Origin: Nemertoderma westbladi
Taxonomy: Eukaryota > Animalia > Xenacoelomorpha
Reading direction: 5' to 3'
Assembly (NCBI GenBank): GCA_032718475.1
Contig: JAUCBJ010002736.1
Span: forward strand, 1-64,000
Length of the DNA stretch: 64,000 nucleotides
The notes beneath the pieces are model-generated. The model made no database searches and was not told the origin of the DNA. It was given only the letters and a program-made list of their open reading frames with translations. This document shows, piece after piece, positions 49,361 through 62,368 of this stretch; positions within the stretch are counted from its first letter, which is position 1, and each line of letters starts with the position of its first letter. The position numbers and the translations under genes were made by a program.

Positions 49361-49668
49361 AGTTCCGGTGTACAGTGTCAGAGTGTAGGCCTACATCTGC
49401 ATTGCAGTATTGCAATACTCACCATATTGTTGGTACAGGTAGTACTGCTGTACTCTAGTAGTAGTACGGAGTTAGTCTTCATTTCTGTCTATCTATACCT
49501 GTTTACTGCTATACAGCTATAGCATATAGGCATTCCTGTCCTGTATACTGATATAGTTCTGTAGGTTATTCAACTGCAGAACAGATTGTGGATTGACCGG
49601 TAGGCCTACCGCTACCGGTACGGGTACGCCAGACTGCAGTAGCTACCGGTATATGTGGATTATGTGTT

Positions 49669-49738
49669 ATGTCCCACAACCAAGTACATCCAAGCGTCAC
49701 GACTGGGAATGACAGGTTTAAAGCAAGTAGGACTGGAG
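49669..49738 (+). CDS. Candidate first coding exon of GRAMD1
   Basis: ATG plus 23 open codons (MSHNQVHPSV...RTG), strong phase-1 donor GAG|GTAAGT that matches the phase-1 acceptor at 58367. No homology support. Confidence 0.4.
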
Positions 49739-50639
49739 GTAAGTCTGACTCCTGATATTGCTGTAGCAGTGTAGGTAGGCCTATTGAAGTACAGAAGTAT
49801 TGTGCTGGCTGACTCTACCAATCTACCTACACAGCTGCACAGTACCGGTACATGGCCATTTTTTTTTTAATGTAATTATTGGTGTGAATAGTACAGTAGT
49901 CTGGTAGTAGGCTAATAATGATGTAGGTAGGACCTACCGGCTAACCGGTATTTATTAATTATTTTACATCATTAATTAGGCCTACAGTTGTGAGTTGTAT
50001 TAACAGCTCAACTCCAATTCATTCATTACCGGTATTACTTATAATATTAATATAGCCTATTGTTGTCATATTGTTATTTTTGGTACCGGTATTGTTATAA
50101 TATGTATAATATGTCCCAGCAGCCCAGTCTCACCCACACGATAAGCCTACCAAGTAGGCCTACTCCAGTCAGCCAGTACCGGTACTCATATACCGTAGTG
50201 AATTGATTTTCAATGATTTGCTGGACAGTTGGATGAGCAAGAGGAGAACGAGAACGAAAGACATATAGTATATAGATCGTAACGATGGTAATGATAGTGG
50301 TGGATATTGTGACATAGACACTGAGAAAACTGTAGAAGATGAAGCTGAAGGTGGCATTCTTAGTGATAGTGATTATTAGTTAGAGGAAGGAGGACTATTC
50401 AGATACTGATGGAAATGTGTCATGTGAGAATTAATCTGATACCAGGATACAACAGTGATGGCAGTTGATGATTCTAATTCATTTTTTCTTTCACCTTCTT
50501 AAGAAATCTGGATACACAAAATCCAGGCGATACCTCATCAAGCAACTGGCACTATCTTTAGCATTTCACATTTAGTGGATGGTAATATTCGTTCCAATTT
50601 GGTACTTAGAAGGATAAATGAGAAAAACTTTTATTAGTT

Positions 50640-50905
50640 ATCAAAAAAGAAAGACAGGCATCTGGCTGTTATCTTTGTTGACTTCTTCAAGGCCTTTGAT
50701 TCAGTCTCTCGCTCACGTATGTTCAGGATACTTTCATTATATGGGATTCCTGATGAAATTATTGCAGCAATCAGATCAGTATACGATGGTTCGACAAAAT
50801 TTGTGTCTACTGTTGACTGTGGCACAGAACCATTCTGCCATTTGAAGTGTTATGGGGCGTCCTCCAGGGAGACACACTTGCACCATTCATGTTCATAATT
50901 GTAGT
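50640..50905 (+). pseudogene. Non-LTR retrotransposon reverse-transcriptase fragment
   Basis: Frame reads LAVIFVDFFKAFDSVSRSRMFRILSLYGIPDEII..., then after a frameshift GVLQGDTLAPFMFIIVV. Confidence 0.85.
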
Positions 50906-52421
50906 AGTAAACGGCACAAGTTGACAACAAAGTAATCTATTTGCACTTCCATTTCCTAAACTGGCTGACTGGCAAACATCATAAAATCTGGCAGATAATA
51001 AGCACTATGTTAGGCCTCTAGTGACTCTATGTAATTACCCTAGTTAACAGTTAGTTTATTTTGTTTTCAAAATCCAAACTTTTTGCATCCATTTTTACTG
51101 TTTTTATTTTACAATTTTATCACGTCTTATTTTACGCTTAATGTGGTAAAAGCCACTAACAAAGCGGCAAAAATTAATAGGCCATAAATACATTAATTAA
51201 TTACCTTTCTGTACCCTCAGACCCTGGTATTGTCAGAATTGTATTTTAAGTAGGCCTATAGGCCTAAAATTAATTAATAATTTTTTTGTTCGATTCCCTA
51301 GAAGAAAAATATTCACACCGTACTTTAATTTTAAACACTAAATTTAGCAATTGATTGCTGTTTTCTGTATCTGTAATACTGCCGCTTATAAAATCCATAA
51401 CATGCAAATTATTTCCTTAAATGACTTATGGTTATTCAAATGATTAATGATTTATTACGCGTTCGTATTTTTGCTTGTTATAATGGTTACTCTGATTCAG
51501 GCCTTTGGAACACTATATGTACATAATTGTTGGTGATTATATATCGTTGTGATATATTTAATTATTCATTGTATGCATAAAGGCAATGGGATAATTTAAT
51601 AAAAGTAATAAATACAAATAATGACGGTTTTTTCTTCCCTGTTAATTATTTTTTAACTTTGCGCGAAAATCCGCAATACTGCTAAAATTAGCAGTCTCCA
51701 ATGGCTTCGTTTGCAACTAATTCAAACACTATATTATTGCCTTACATTCTTCCCGCCCAATAGTTGACTGCCACGACAAGCCGGAAGTGAAATAAAAAAT
51801 GATCAGTCGTTATATATCCAGATTGGCAAAAAGCATATAACACATCGTGCTATATTATATCGTGCTCATATAACACATTGGCTCTTACGAAAATTAGTTC
51901 CTGAACTTGTAGCGTAGGTTCTTGCAGTTATACAATTTAGGACTAGTTGATATCTCGTTAAAACTGGTTTGCTCTGTGGTGAATTCAAATTTCCCGTTTT
52001 AATATGCAATGGCATCGAACAGACCAGTTTATAATGTTTTCTTACACGTGCAAAAGTTTATGTAAATGGTGGTTAGGTTTAGTTTTTTGGGTAGTTAGGG
52101 TTTGTGCCGCCTCTCCTGTTCCCTGCGTGTTGTGTATTCCAACCTATCACAGCATCACCATGTGGTGGGCAACGGGAGATTTGAATTCGCCAAAGGACAA
52201 ATCGGCGCAGTGGCGGTACGCCTAATGTCGCGTTACGGAAAGTCGCGTTACGACTAATTTTCTGAGTAGCCCTACCGCGACTTTGAAAGTCGCGGTACGG
52301 CTACTCAAAAAGTCGCGTTACGGCTAATCTATTTTCTTGGTTTTGCATAGGGAATCATTATCAATATTATTCTATGATGTTTACGTACATATGAGAAAGG
52401 CTCGAAAAATTTAATGTAATA

Positions 52422-55400
52422 ATGTTTTACAGCATGGAAGTATCCAGGGGGGGGGGGGGGGGGGGGAGATTTTAACTAAAAAAACGTAATTATTAATTAT
52501 TGTATTACTATTGTTGTATTGAGTACCACAATACACAGTATCATAGGTATATTGGTCGAAAGTATATCAAGATTTTGCCGAAATATTGCACTTTGAATTT
52601 ATCTTAATAATAATCAAATCAAAAGTATCTATAACTAAAGCTCTTGAATTAGCCAGTCATCGCCCGCGTATGGCATTTGGTTCGGTGGTGGGGTGGGTTG
52701 GAATGGTTCGGCCGCGAAGGGGTGGTTCGGTGGCGGGGTGGGTTGGAATGGTTCGGTCGTGAATGGGGGTGGGTTGGGTAGAAATCGTAACGCGACTTTG
52801 AAAGTCGGGGTACGGCTAATCTATTGTCTTGGTTCTACATAGGGAATCATATTCAATATTATTCTATGGTGTTTACGTACAGATAAGGTCCGAAAAATGT
52901 AATGTAATAATGTGGGGGGGGGGGGGGGGGGGGTTGGGGGGTTATCTATAAAAATTAATTTTATAATTACTGTATTATTATTTGTGTATTGAGTACCACA
53001 GTACCATAGGCATAGGTGTAGCGGAATACATGAATATGGGTGGGTCGAAAGTATATCAGTATATTGCCGAAATATTGCGCTTTGAAGTTATAATTATAAA
53101 AATCAAAAGTATCTAAAATTATAGCTCTGGAATTAGCCAGTCATCGGCCGCGTATGGCATTTGATTCGGTGGTGGGCTGTCTATTTATGGTTCGGTCGCG
53201 AAAGGGTGGTTCTGTGGTGGGTTGTGTATGAATGCGAATGGTTCGGCCGCGAAGGGGTGGTTGCGTGGTTCGATGGTGGGGTGGGTTGGAATGGTTCGGC
53301 CGCGAAGGGGTTGTTCGGGGGTGGGTTGTGTATGAATGGTGTCGGCCGCGAAGGGGTGGTTCGGGGGTGGTTTGTGTATGAATGGTTCGGCCGCGAAGGG
53401 GTGGTTCGGGGTGGGGTGGGTTGGAATGGTTCGGCCGCGAAAGGGTGGTTCGGGGTGGGTTGTGTATGAATGGTTCGGCCGCGAAGGGGTGGTTCGGGGT
53501 GGGGTGTGTTGGAATGGTTCGGCCGAGAAGTAGTGGTTCGGTGGTGGGGTGGGTTGGAATGGTTCGGCCGAGAAGTAGTGGTTCGGTGGTGGGGTGGGTT
53601 GGAATGGTTCGGCCGCGAAGGGGTGGTTCGGTGGTGGGGTGGGTTGGAATGGTTCGGCCGCGAAGGGGTTGTTCGGGGGTGGTTTGTGTATGAATGGTTC
53701 GGCCGCGAAGGGGTGGTTCGGGGTGGGGTGGGTTGGAATGGTTCGGCCGCGAAGGGGTGGTTCGGGGTGGGTTGTGTATGAATGGTTCGGCCGCGAAGGG
53801 GTGGTTCGGGGTGGGGTGTGTTGGAATGGTTCGGCCGAGAAGTAGTGGTTCGGTGGTGGGGTGGGTTGGAATGGTTCGGCCGCGAAGGGGTGGTTCGGTG
53901 GTGGGGTGGGTTGGAATGGTTCGGCCGCGAAGGGGTGGTTCGGGGGTGGGTTGTGTATGAATGGTTCGGCCGTGAAGGGGTGGTTCGGTGGTGGGGTGGG
54001 TTGGAATGGTTCGGCCGCGAAGTGGTGGTTCGGTGGTGGGTTGGAATGGTTCGGCCGCGAAAGGGTGGTTCGGTGGTGTGGTGGGTTGTGTATTCGAATG
54101 GTTTCGGCCGCAAAGAGGTGGTTGCATGGTTCGATGGTGGGATGGGTTGTAATGGTTCGGCCGCGAAGGGGTTGTTCGGGGGTGGGTTGTGTATGAATGG
54201 TTCGGCCGCGAAGGGGTGGTTCGGGGGTGGTGTGGGTTGGAATGGTTCGGCCGCGAAGGGGTGGTTCGGTGGTGGGTTGGGTTGGAATGCTTCGGCCGCG
54301 AAGGGGTGGTTCGGGCGTGGGTTGTGTATGAATGGTTTCGGCCGCGAAGGGGTGGTTGCGTGGTTCGGTGGTGGGGTGGGTTGGAATGGTTCGGCCGCGA
54401 AGGGGTTGTTCGGGGGTGGGTTGTGTATGAATGGTTCGGCCGCGAAGGGGTGTTTCGGGGGTGGGTTGGAATGGTTCGGTAGATGGTTGGTTGGAATTGT
54501 TCGGCCGCGAAGTGGTGGTTCGGTGGTGGGGTGGGTTGAAATGGTTCGGCCGCGAAGGGGTGGTTCGGTGGTGGGTGGGTTGGAATGGTTCGGCCGCAAA
54601 GGGGTGGTTCGGGGGTGGGTTGTATATGAATGGTTCGGCCGCGAAGGGGTAGTTCGGGGGTGGGGAGGGTTGGAATGGTTCGGCCGCGAAGGGGTGGTTC
54701 ACTACACCAACATGCCAGTCGGGATCACCACCCACTCCCAATGCAGCTGGACCTTCAACTTTATTGGGGAATGACAAAATGAAAGTAAATTCAAATCTGA
54801 TGTTTTACAGCATGGAAGTATCCAGGGGGGGGGGGGGATTTTAACTAAAAAAACGTAATTATTAATTATTGTATTACTATTGTTGTATTGAGTACCACAA
54901 TACACAGTATCATAGGTATATTGGTCGAAAGTATATCAAGATTTTGCCGAAATATTGCACTTTGAATTTATCTTAATAATAATCAAATCAAAAGTATCTA
55001 AAACTAAAGCTCTTGAATTAGCCAGTCATCGCCCGCGTATGGCATTTGGTTCGGTGGTGGGGTGGGTTGGAATGGTTCGGCCGCGAAGGGGTGGTTCGGT
55101 GGCGGGGTGGGTTGGAATGGTTCGGTCGTGAATGGGGGTGGGTTGGGTAGAAATTGTAACGCGACTTTGAAAGTCGGGGTACGGCTAATCTATTGTCTTG
55201 GTTCTACATAGGGAATCATATTCAATATTATTCTATGGTGTTTACGTACAGATAAGGTCCGAAAAATGTAATGTAATAATGTGGGGGGGGGGGGGGGGGG
55301 GGGGTTGGGGGGTTATCTATAAAAATTAATTTTATAATTACTGTATTATTATTTGTGTATTGAGTACCACAGTACCATAGGCATAGGTGTAGCGGAATAC

Positions 55401-57038
55401 ATGAATATGGGTGGGTCGAAAGTATATCAGTATATTGCCGAAATATTGCGCTTTGAAGTTATAATTATAAAAATCAAAAGTATCTAAAATTATAGCTCTG
55501 GAATTAGCCAGTCATCGGCCGCGTATGGCATTTGATTCGGTGGTGGGCTGTCTATTTATGGTTCGGTCGCGAAAGGGTGGTTCGGTGGTGGGTTGTGTAT
55601 GAATGCGAATGGTTCGGCCGCGAAGGGGTGGTTGCGTGGTTCGATGGTGGGGTGGGTTGGAATGGTTCGGCCGCGAAGGGGTTGTTCGGGGGTGGGTTGT
55701 GTATGAATGGTGTCGGCCGCGAAGGGGTGGTTCGGGGGTGGTTTGTGTATGAATGGTTCGGCCGCGAAGGGGTGGTTCGGGGTGGGGTGGGTTGGAATGG
55801 TTCGGCCGCGAAAGGGTGGTTCGGGGTGGGTTGTGTATGAATGGTTCGGCCGCGAAGGGGTGGTTCGGGGTGGGGTGTGTTGGAATGGTTCGGCCGAGAA
55901 GTAGTGGTTCGGTGGTGGGGTGGGTTGGAATGGTTCGGCCGAGAAGTAGTGGTTCGGTGGTGGGGTGGGTTGGAATGGTTCGGCCGCGAAGGGGTGGTTC
56001 GGTGGTGGGGTGGGTTGGAATGGTTCGGCCGCGAAGGGGTGGTTCGGGGTGGGGTGTGTTGGAATGGTTCGGCCGCGAAGGGGTGGTTCGGTGGTGGGGT
56101 GGGTTGGAATGGTTCGGCCGCGAAGGGGTGGTTCGGTGGTGGGGTGGGTTGGAATGGTTCGGCCGCGAAGGGGTGGTTCGGGGGTGGGTTGTGTATGAAT
56201 GGTTCGGCCGTGAAGGGGTGGTTCGGTGGTGGGGTGGGTTGGAATGGTTCGGCCGCGAAGTGGTGGTTCGGTGGTGGGTTGGAATGGTTCGGCCGCGAAA
56301 GGGTGGTTCGGTGGTGTGGTGGGTTGTGTATTCGAATGGTTTCGGCCGCAAAGAGGTGGTTGCGTGGTTCGATGGTGGGATGGGTTGTAATGGTTCGGCC
56401 GCGAAGGGGTTGTTCGGGGGTGGGTTGTGTATGAATGGTTCGGCCGCGAAGGGGTGGTTCGGGGGTGGTGTGGGTTGGAATGGTTCGGCCGCGAAGGGGT
56501 GGTTCGGTGGTGGGTTGGGTTGGAATGCTTCGGCCGCGAAGGGGTGGTTCGGGCGTGGGTTGTGTATGAATGGTTTCGGCCGCGAAGGGGTGGTTGCGTG
56601 GTTCGGTGGTGGGGTGGGTTGGAATGGTTCGGCCGCGAAGGGGTTGTTCGGGGGTGGGTTGTGTATGAATGGTTCGGCCGCGAAGGGGTGTTTCGGGGGT
56701 GGGTTGGAATGGTTCGGTAGATGGTTGGTTGGAATTGTTCGGCCGCGAAGTGGTGGTTCGGTGGTGGGGTGGGTTGAAATGGTTCGGCCGCGAAGGGGTG
56801 GTTCGGTGGTGGGTGGGTTGGAATGGTTCGGCCGCGAAGGGGTGGTTCGGGGGTGGGTTGTATATGAATGGTTCGGCCGCGAAGGGGTAGTTCGGGGGTG
56901 GGGAGGGTTGGAATGGTTCGGCCGCGAAGGGGTGGTTCACTACACCAACATGCCAGTCGGGATCACCACCCACTCCCAATGCAGCTGGACCTTCAACTTT
57001 ATTGGGGAATGACAAAATGAAAGTAAATTCAAATCTGA
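52422..57038. repeat. Tandem duplication of a ~2.3-kb unit containing a G-rich ~45-bp satellite
   Basis: Units ~52422-54800 and ~54801-57038 are near-identical. Satellite unit GAATGGTTCGGCCGCGAAGGGGTGGTTCGGTGGTGGGGTGGGTTG. Confidence 0.93.
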
Positions 57039-58366
57039 CCGTAATCCGTATCTGTGTTTGCGACTGTAACTAAGGATGTACCGGTACTCCACATAATATA
57101 TTGCATGTGAGCTGTGAGGTCCATTTTTTACTCTCTAGTCTAGATATTTTTCAATATAACCATTACAAATTAACGAAAGGAGCAGTGGCAGGTTTACAGT
57201 GGCAGGTTTGCAGTTGCACGCATCAGCTGTTATTTGCGGTATTTTTCACCTGGAGAGCGATTAATTTTGATCGCGACCACACTATCTGATTGACTGGATT
57301 GACCGCTGGGCCAATTGCAAGGGCCCTTCGTCCATTCGGGAGTCTTATAAATATGGGTTACAGATAGTTCCGGTTACAAAACAGTTTTTATCTGGGTACA
57401 GTAGGTCCACTATAGTATTTATACTAGGTTGTCATTCTTGTAACAATAGAGGAATGACAAATATTACCCCCACTCCTTGAGCCCCCAAAATCTCTCATAT
57501 CCCAGTTTATGTAAGTAACCTATATCGTCGTTACAACATGTGACGCCACTCAGAACTTCCACACGCTGGCTTGCGAATAATATTCGGTGACATCAAAAAG
57601 GTCCCATACTCATTAAACATTTATCCTATTTAATGTGGATCGGTTTGATGAAGGTCGATCTTCCCTCCAACAAGAGGCGCATACTTTATTAGGTGGGGAG
57701 ACATCCGCCTTATAATTAGTCAAAATGGTTAAAAAACGGAAGACGCCCATTCCCATTATTACAATAACAAGCCGTGAGTATCCACACTGGTATAATAAGA
57801 GGCCGTCTTTCCTGACAACCATTTCGTTGTTTAATTACGACAAGTCGACTAATATTTATAATATAATTTGTTTTACTCACTGCAATTCTAAATCACACGA
57901 ACTATTTAATTTTAATAATTATTCTACTTATTCTCTTTGTGTCATTTGTTATTAAATTTATGTCTTATCATTATGTAGGGGTATGGAATGTCAATAAGTT
58001 GGTAATGTATACCAGCCTTTTTTACTTTTATTTATTGGTACAATCTAAATAAAAAACGAACAACGGTACATTATCTATGTCGCCCCACATCGGTTCCCCA
58101 CCGGCTTCTGATACATTACCGACCTCAGATGATTTTCTCATCTGATTTTATTCAACACCAATACGCTGATACCAAATATCGAAACTGTTTTTTAATTCAC
58201 CCAACCGTTAAAAATTGGTGAAACTTTAAATTTACGTTGTATTGATGGATAACACATTACTCACATTACAGTTAGTACATACGGTACCGTTGTACGTACA
58301 CATGTACCGATTGTACATATGTATGTTAATAATTCTAGAATTATTAACATTATTTATTTGTTTTAG

Positions 58367-59495
58367 CCGTTAGCGACGATGCTCTGTCTGCCACCGAACC
58401 GGTAAGTAACTGCTTCTCAGTGGCGCCATCTAGCGGAAATGTTCAGAGTAATTCCACCCCAACCATCGACTCGGATGACGTCACTTATCCGCTAGCAACC
58501 ACCCCGGCGGACGGGTCCCACAACCGTAACCTAGCAACCACTCCTACCGACGGCTCCCGTAACCTAGCAACGACCCCGACGCCCGGTACGTCGACGCCGC
58601 CCAGGGGTTTCCGTCGCCACGCCCACAGTGTTGGTGCCCTAATGAATCTGGGCGTTACGACCAACAACGCCCTAACGAACCTAGTGGGCGCCAGTCCCGA
58701 CGAATCGCCCCCGAGTAGGGCCCACGCGGCGTCCACACCCAAGTTCCCGGATGATTCCCGGTACAGCGACAAGAGTCTGCTATCCCCGGACAGCGAACCG
58801 CGTCCGCGCGGACAGCAGCGGAGTCGGACTGTCAGCTGGACCGACGTTCTCTCCCACACTTACCGCTCCCGCTCCGAAACATTCAGGAAAGTATTCAGGA
58901 AGGACGCGGATAAATGCCTCGAGAAGGACGAGAGATTGCTCTCCGATTACTCGTGCGCGCTGCAGAAAGATATCCTGGTACAAGGCCGAATGTACACGTC
59001 GCAGTACTACATCTCTTTCTATTCGAAGATTTTCGCTTTCGAAACGGCAATCCGTATAAAATTAAGGGATGTTGTTTCTATAACGAAGGAGCGAACCGCT
59101 AAAGTGATTCCCAACGCGATACAGATTTGTACGACTAACGATAAGTATTTCTTTACGTCGTTCACCAGTCGCGATAAGGGTTACACAATGCTGTTCCGTT
59201 TGTGGCAGAACTGTTTGTTGGAGTTGCCGACGACGGAGCACAACCTCTGGGAAATCGTGCGACACAACTACACGTCGCGTCGCACCGCGTTGACGCCGAC
59301 TAGTGCGACGGAGCCGGGGGTGGGGGCGTCGGATGAGTCTGTGGGGGCGGACGAGAGCGACGGGGGCGGGAGTGGAGTTGGGGGCGAGGAGGGACCCAGT
59401 AGTGACCCCGGGTTACTGCTCAACGCCGCGGATAAGGGCAGTTGCGATGGAGACACCAGCGAGACTCACACCGTCGGGGTTACCGATACGTCAAG
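58367..59495 (+). CDS. GRAMD1: GRAMD1/Aster-like protein, GRAM-domain exon
   Basis: TTTTAG acceptor. Encodes ERLLSDYSCALQKDILVQGRMYTSQYYISFYSKIFAFET...KERTAKVIPNAIQICT..KYFFTSFTSRDKGYTMLFRLWQN (GRAMD1-type GRAM). Donor AAG|GTCAGT. Confidence 0.9.
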
Positions 59496-59718
59496 GTCAG
59501 TGAACGAATCCTACGATTCGTTACAATTACCTAATGCTTCCTTGGTAACACTTACTAACCCATACTGTATAGCGTCTACGTCTACTGATATGTTCTATTG
59601 TAGAAATAGAATATATTTAGAGAGTCTTGTTGTTGTTTATGTTTAGTATGGATGGATCGATTGTTAATTATCAGACACGGTTAATTGTTTATTTATCCTA
59701 TCCATTTCTTTATTTCAG

Positions 59719-59952
59719 GACTGATAAACCGCCCACTCAGATATTATTCAACGATCTGGACGAAACGATTAACGAGACCCACGAGACAGCTGCTGACACT
59801 TCCGACGCTGAGGATGAGGTTGTATGTCCCTGCGAAAAACACTACAAACCCCTACTCAATCTCGTTCTACCTATGAGTGTCGATAATCTGTGGACTTTGT
59901 TGTTCGCTGCCGAATCCAATTTCTATAAAACATTCCTTTTTGAGTTTGGAAA
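59719..59952 (+). CDS. GRAMD1: GRAMD1/Aster-like exon, start of VASt domain
   Basis: TTTCAG acceptor in a matching phase. Encodes LLNLVLPMSVDNLWTLLFAAESNFYKTFL. Donor AA|GTAAGT. The gene continues beyond the window. Confidence 0.85.
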
Positions 59953-60159
59953 GTAAGTTGGATTGCATGCAAGTTATTCAGCAACAACTATTTTATTAAA
60001 GTGATAAAACCTTTCAGATGATTACAATTCTTATCTCAATTTACGTTACGCGGCATGTAAACCAAATCTTGCTGATTCATTCTGAGAATGCGTCACGATG
60101 ACAGTTCTGACATTCCCCAGTCATATAGAGCAGACACACCATACATTGTATGATAACAC

Positions 60160-62368
60160 ACAATCCCCCAGACACACCTACACTGTATGCTAACAGTCCC
60201 AGTCATACAGTCCCCCAGACACACCTACACTGTATGCTAACAGACTCAGTCATACAGTCCCCCAGACACACCTACACTGTATGGTAACAGACTCAGTGAT
60301 ACAGTCCCCCAGACACACCTACACTGTATGCTAACAGATTCAGTCATACAGTCTCCCAGACACACCTACACTGTATGCTAACAGACTCAGTCATACAGTC
60401 CCCCAGACACACCTACACTGTATGCTAACAGACTCAGTCATACAGTCCCCCAGACACACCTACACTGTATGCTAACAGATTCAGTCATACAGTCCCCCAG
60501 ACACACCTACACTGTATGCTAACAGACTCAGTCATACAGTCCCCCAGACACACCTACACTGTATGGTAACAGACTCAGTCATACAGTCCCCCGACACATC
60601 TACACTGTATGCTAACATTCTCAGCCATACAGTCTCCCAGACACACCTACACTGTATGCTAACAGACTCAGTCATACAGTCCCCCAGACAAACCTACACT
60701 GTATGCTAACAGACTCAGTCATACAGTCCCCCAGACAAACCTACACTGTATGGTAACAGACTCAGTCATACAGTCCCCCAGACACACCTACACTGTATGC
60801 TAACAGACTCAGTCATACAGTCCCCCAGACACACCTACACTGTATGCTAACAGACTCAGTCATACAGTCCCCCAGACACACCTACACTGTATGCTAACAG
60901 ACTCAGTCATACAGTCCCCCATATAGACTCACCATACACTGTGTATGGCAACAGTCTAGTCATACAGTCCCCCAGACACACCTACACTGTATGCTAACAG
61001 ACTCAGTCATACAGTCCCCCAGACAAACCTACACTGTATGCTAACAGATCCAGTCATACAGTCCCCCAGACACACCTACACTGTATGCTAACAGACTCCG
61101 TCATACAGTCCCCCAGACACACCTACACTGTATGCTAACAGACTCAGTCATACAGTCCCCCAGACACACCTACACTGTATGCTAACAGACTCCGTCATAC
61201 AGTCCCCCAGACACACCTACACTGTATGGTAACAGACTCAGTCATACAGTCCCCCAGACACACCTACACTGTATGGTAACAGACTCAGTCATACAGTCCC
61301 CCATATAGACTCACCATACACTGTGTATTGCAACAGTCTAGTCATACAGTCTCCCAGACACACCTACACTGTATGCTAACAGACTCAGTCATACAGTCCC
61401 CCAGACACATCTACACTGTATGCTAACAGACTCAGTCATACAGTCTCCCAGACACACCTACACTGTATGCTAACAGACTCAGTCATACAGTCCCCCATAT
61501 AGACTCACAATACACTGTGTATGGCAACAGTCTAGTCATACCGTCTCCCAGACACACCTACGCTGTATGCTAACAGTCTCAGTCATACAGTCCCCCAGAC
61601 AAACCTACACTGTATGCTAACAGACTCAGTCATACAGTCCCCCAGACACACCTACACTGTATGCTAACAGTCCCAGTCATACAGTCCCCCATATAGACTC
61701 ACAATACACTGTGTATGGCAACAGTCTAGTCATACCGTCTCCCAGACACACCTACGCTGTATGCTAACAGTCTCAGTCATACAGTCCCCCAGACAAACCT
61801 ACACTGTATGCTAACAGACTCAGTCATACAGTCCCCCAGACACACCTACACTGTATGCTAACAGTCCCAGTCATACAGTCCCCCATATAGACTCACAATA
61901 CACTGTGTATGGCAACAGTCTAGTCATACCGTCTCCCAGACACACCTACGCTGTATGCTAACAGTCTCAGTCATACAGTCCCCCAGACAAACCTACACTG
62001 TATGCTAACAGACTCAGTCATACAGTCCCCCAGACACATCTACACTGTATGCTAACAGACTCAGTCATACAGTCCCCCAGACACATCTACACTGTATGCT
62101 AACAGACTCAGTCATACAGTCCCCCATATAGACTCACAATACACTGTGTATGGCAACAGTCTAGTCATACCGTCTCCCAGACACACCTACGCTGTATGCT
62201 AACAGTCTCAGTCATACAGTCCCCCAGACAAACCTACACTGTATGCTAACAGACTCAGTCATACAGTCCCCCAGACACACCTACACTGTATGCTAACAGT
62301 CCCAGTCATACAGTCCCCCATATAGACTCACCACACACTGTGTATTGCAACAGTCTAGTCATACCGTC
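60160..62368 (+). repeat. 47-bp intronic minisatellite
   Basis: Unit CAGACTCAGTCATACAGTCCCCCAGACACACCTACACTGTATGCTAA, with a recurring longer variant unit. Confidence 0.97.

Noticed and set aside
53141-57015. Pro/His-rich or Gly/Trp-rich ORFs on both strands
   Set aside because: All frames are open because of the G-rich satellite. There is no independent coding evidence.
59496-59646. C-terminal part of ORF 58420-59646 as coding
   Set aside because: It reads through a donor at 59496. Splicing to 59719 keeps frame into the VASt exon.
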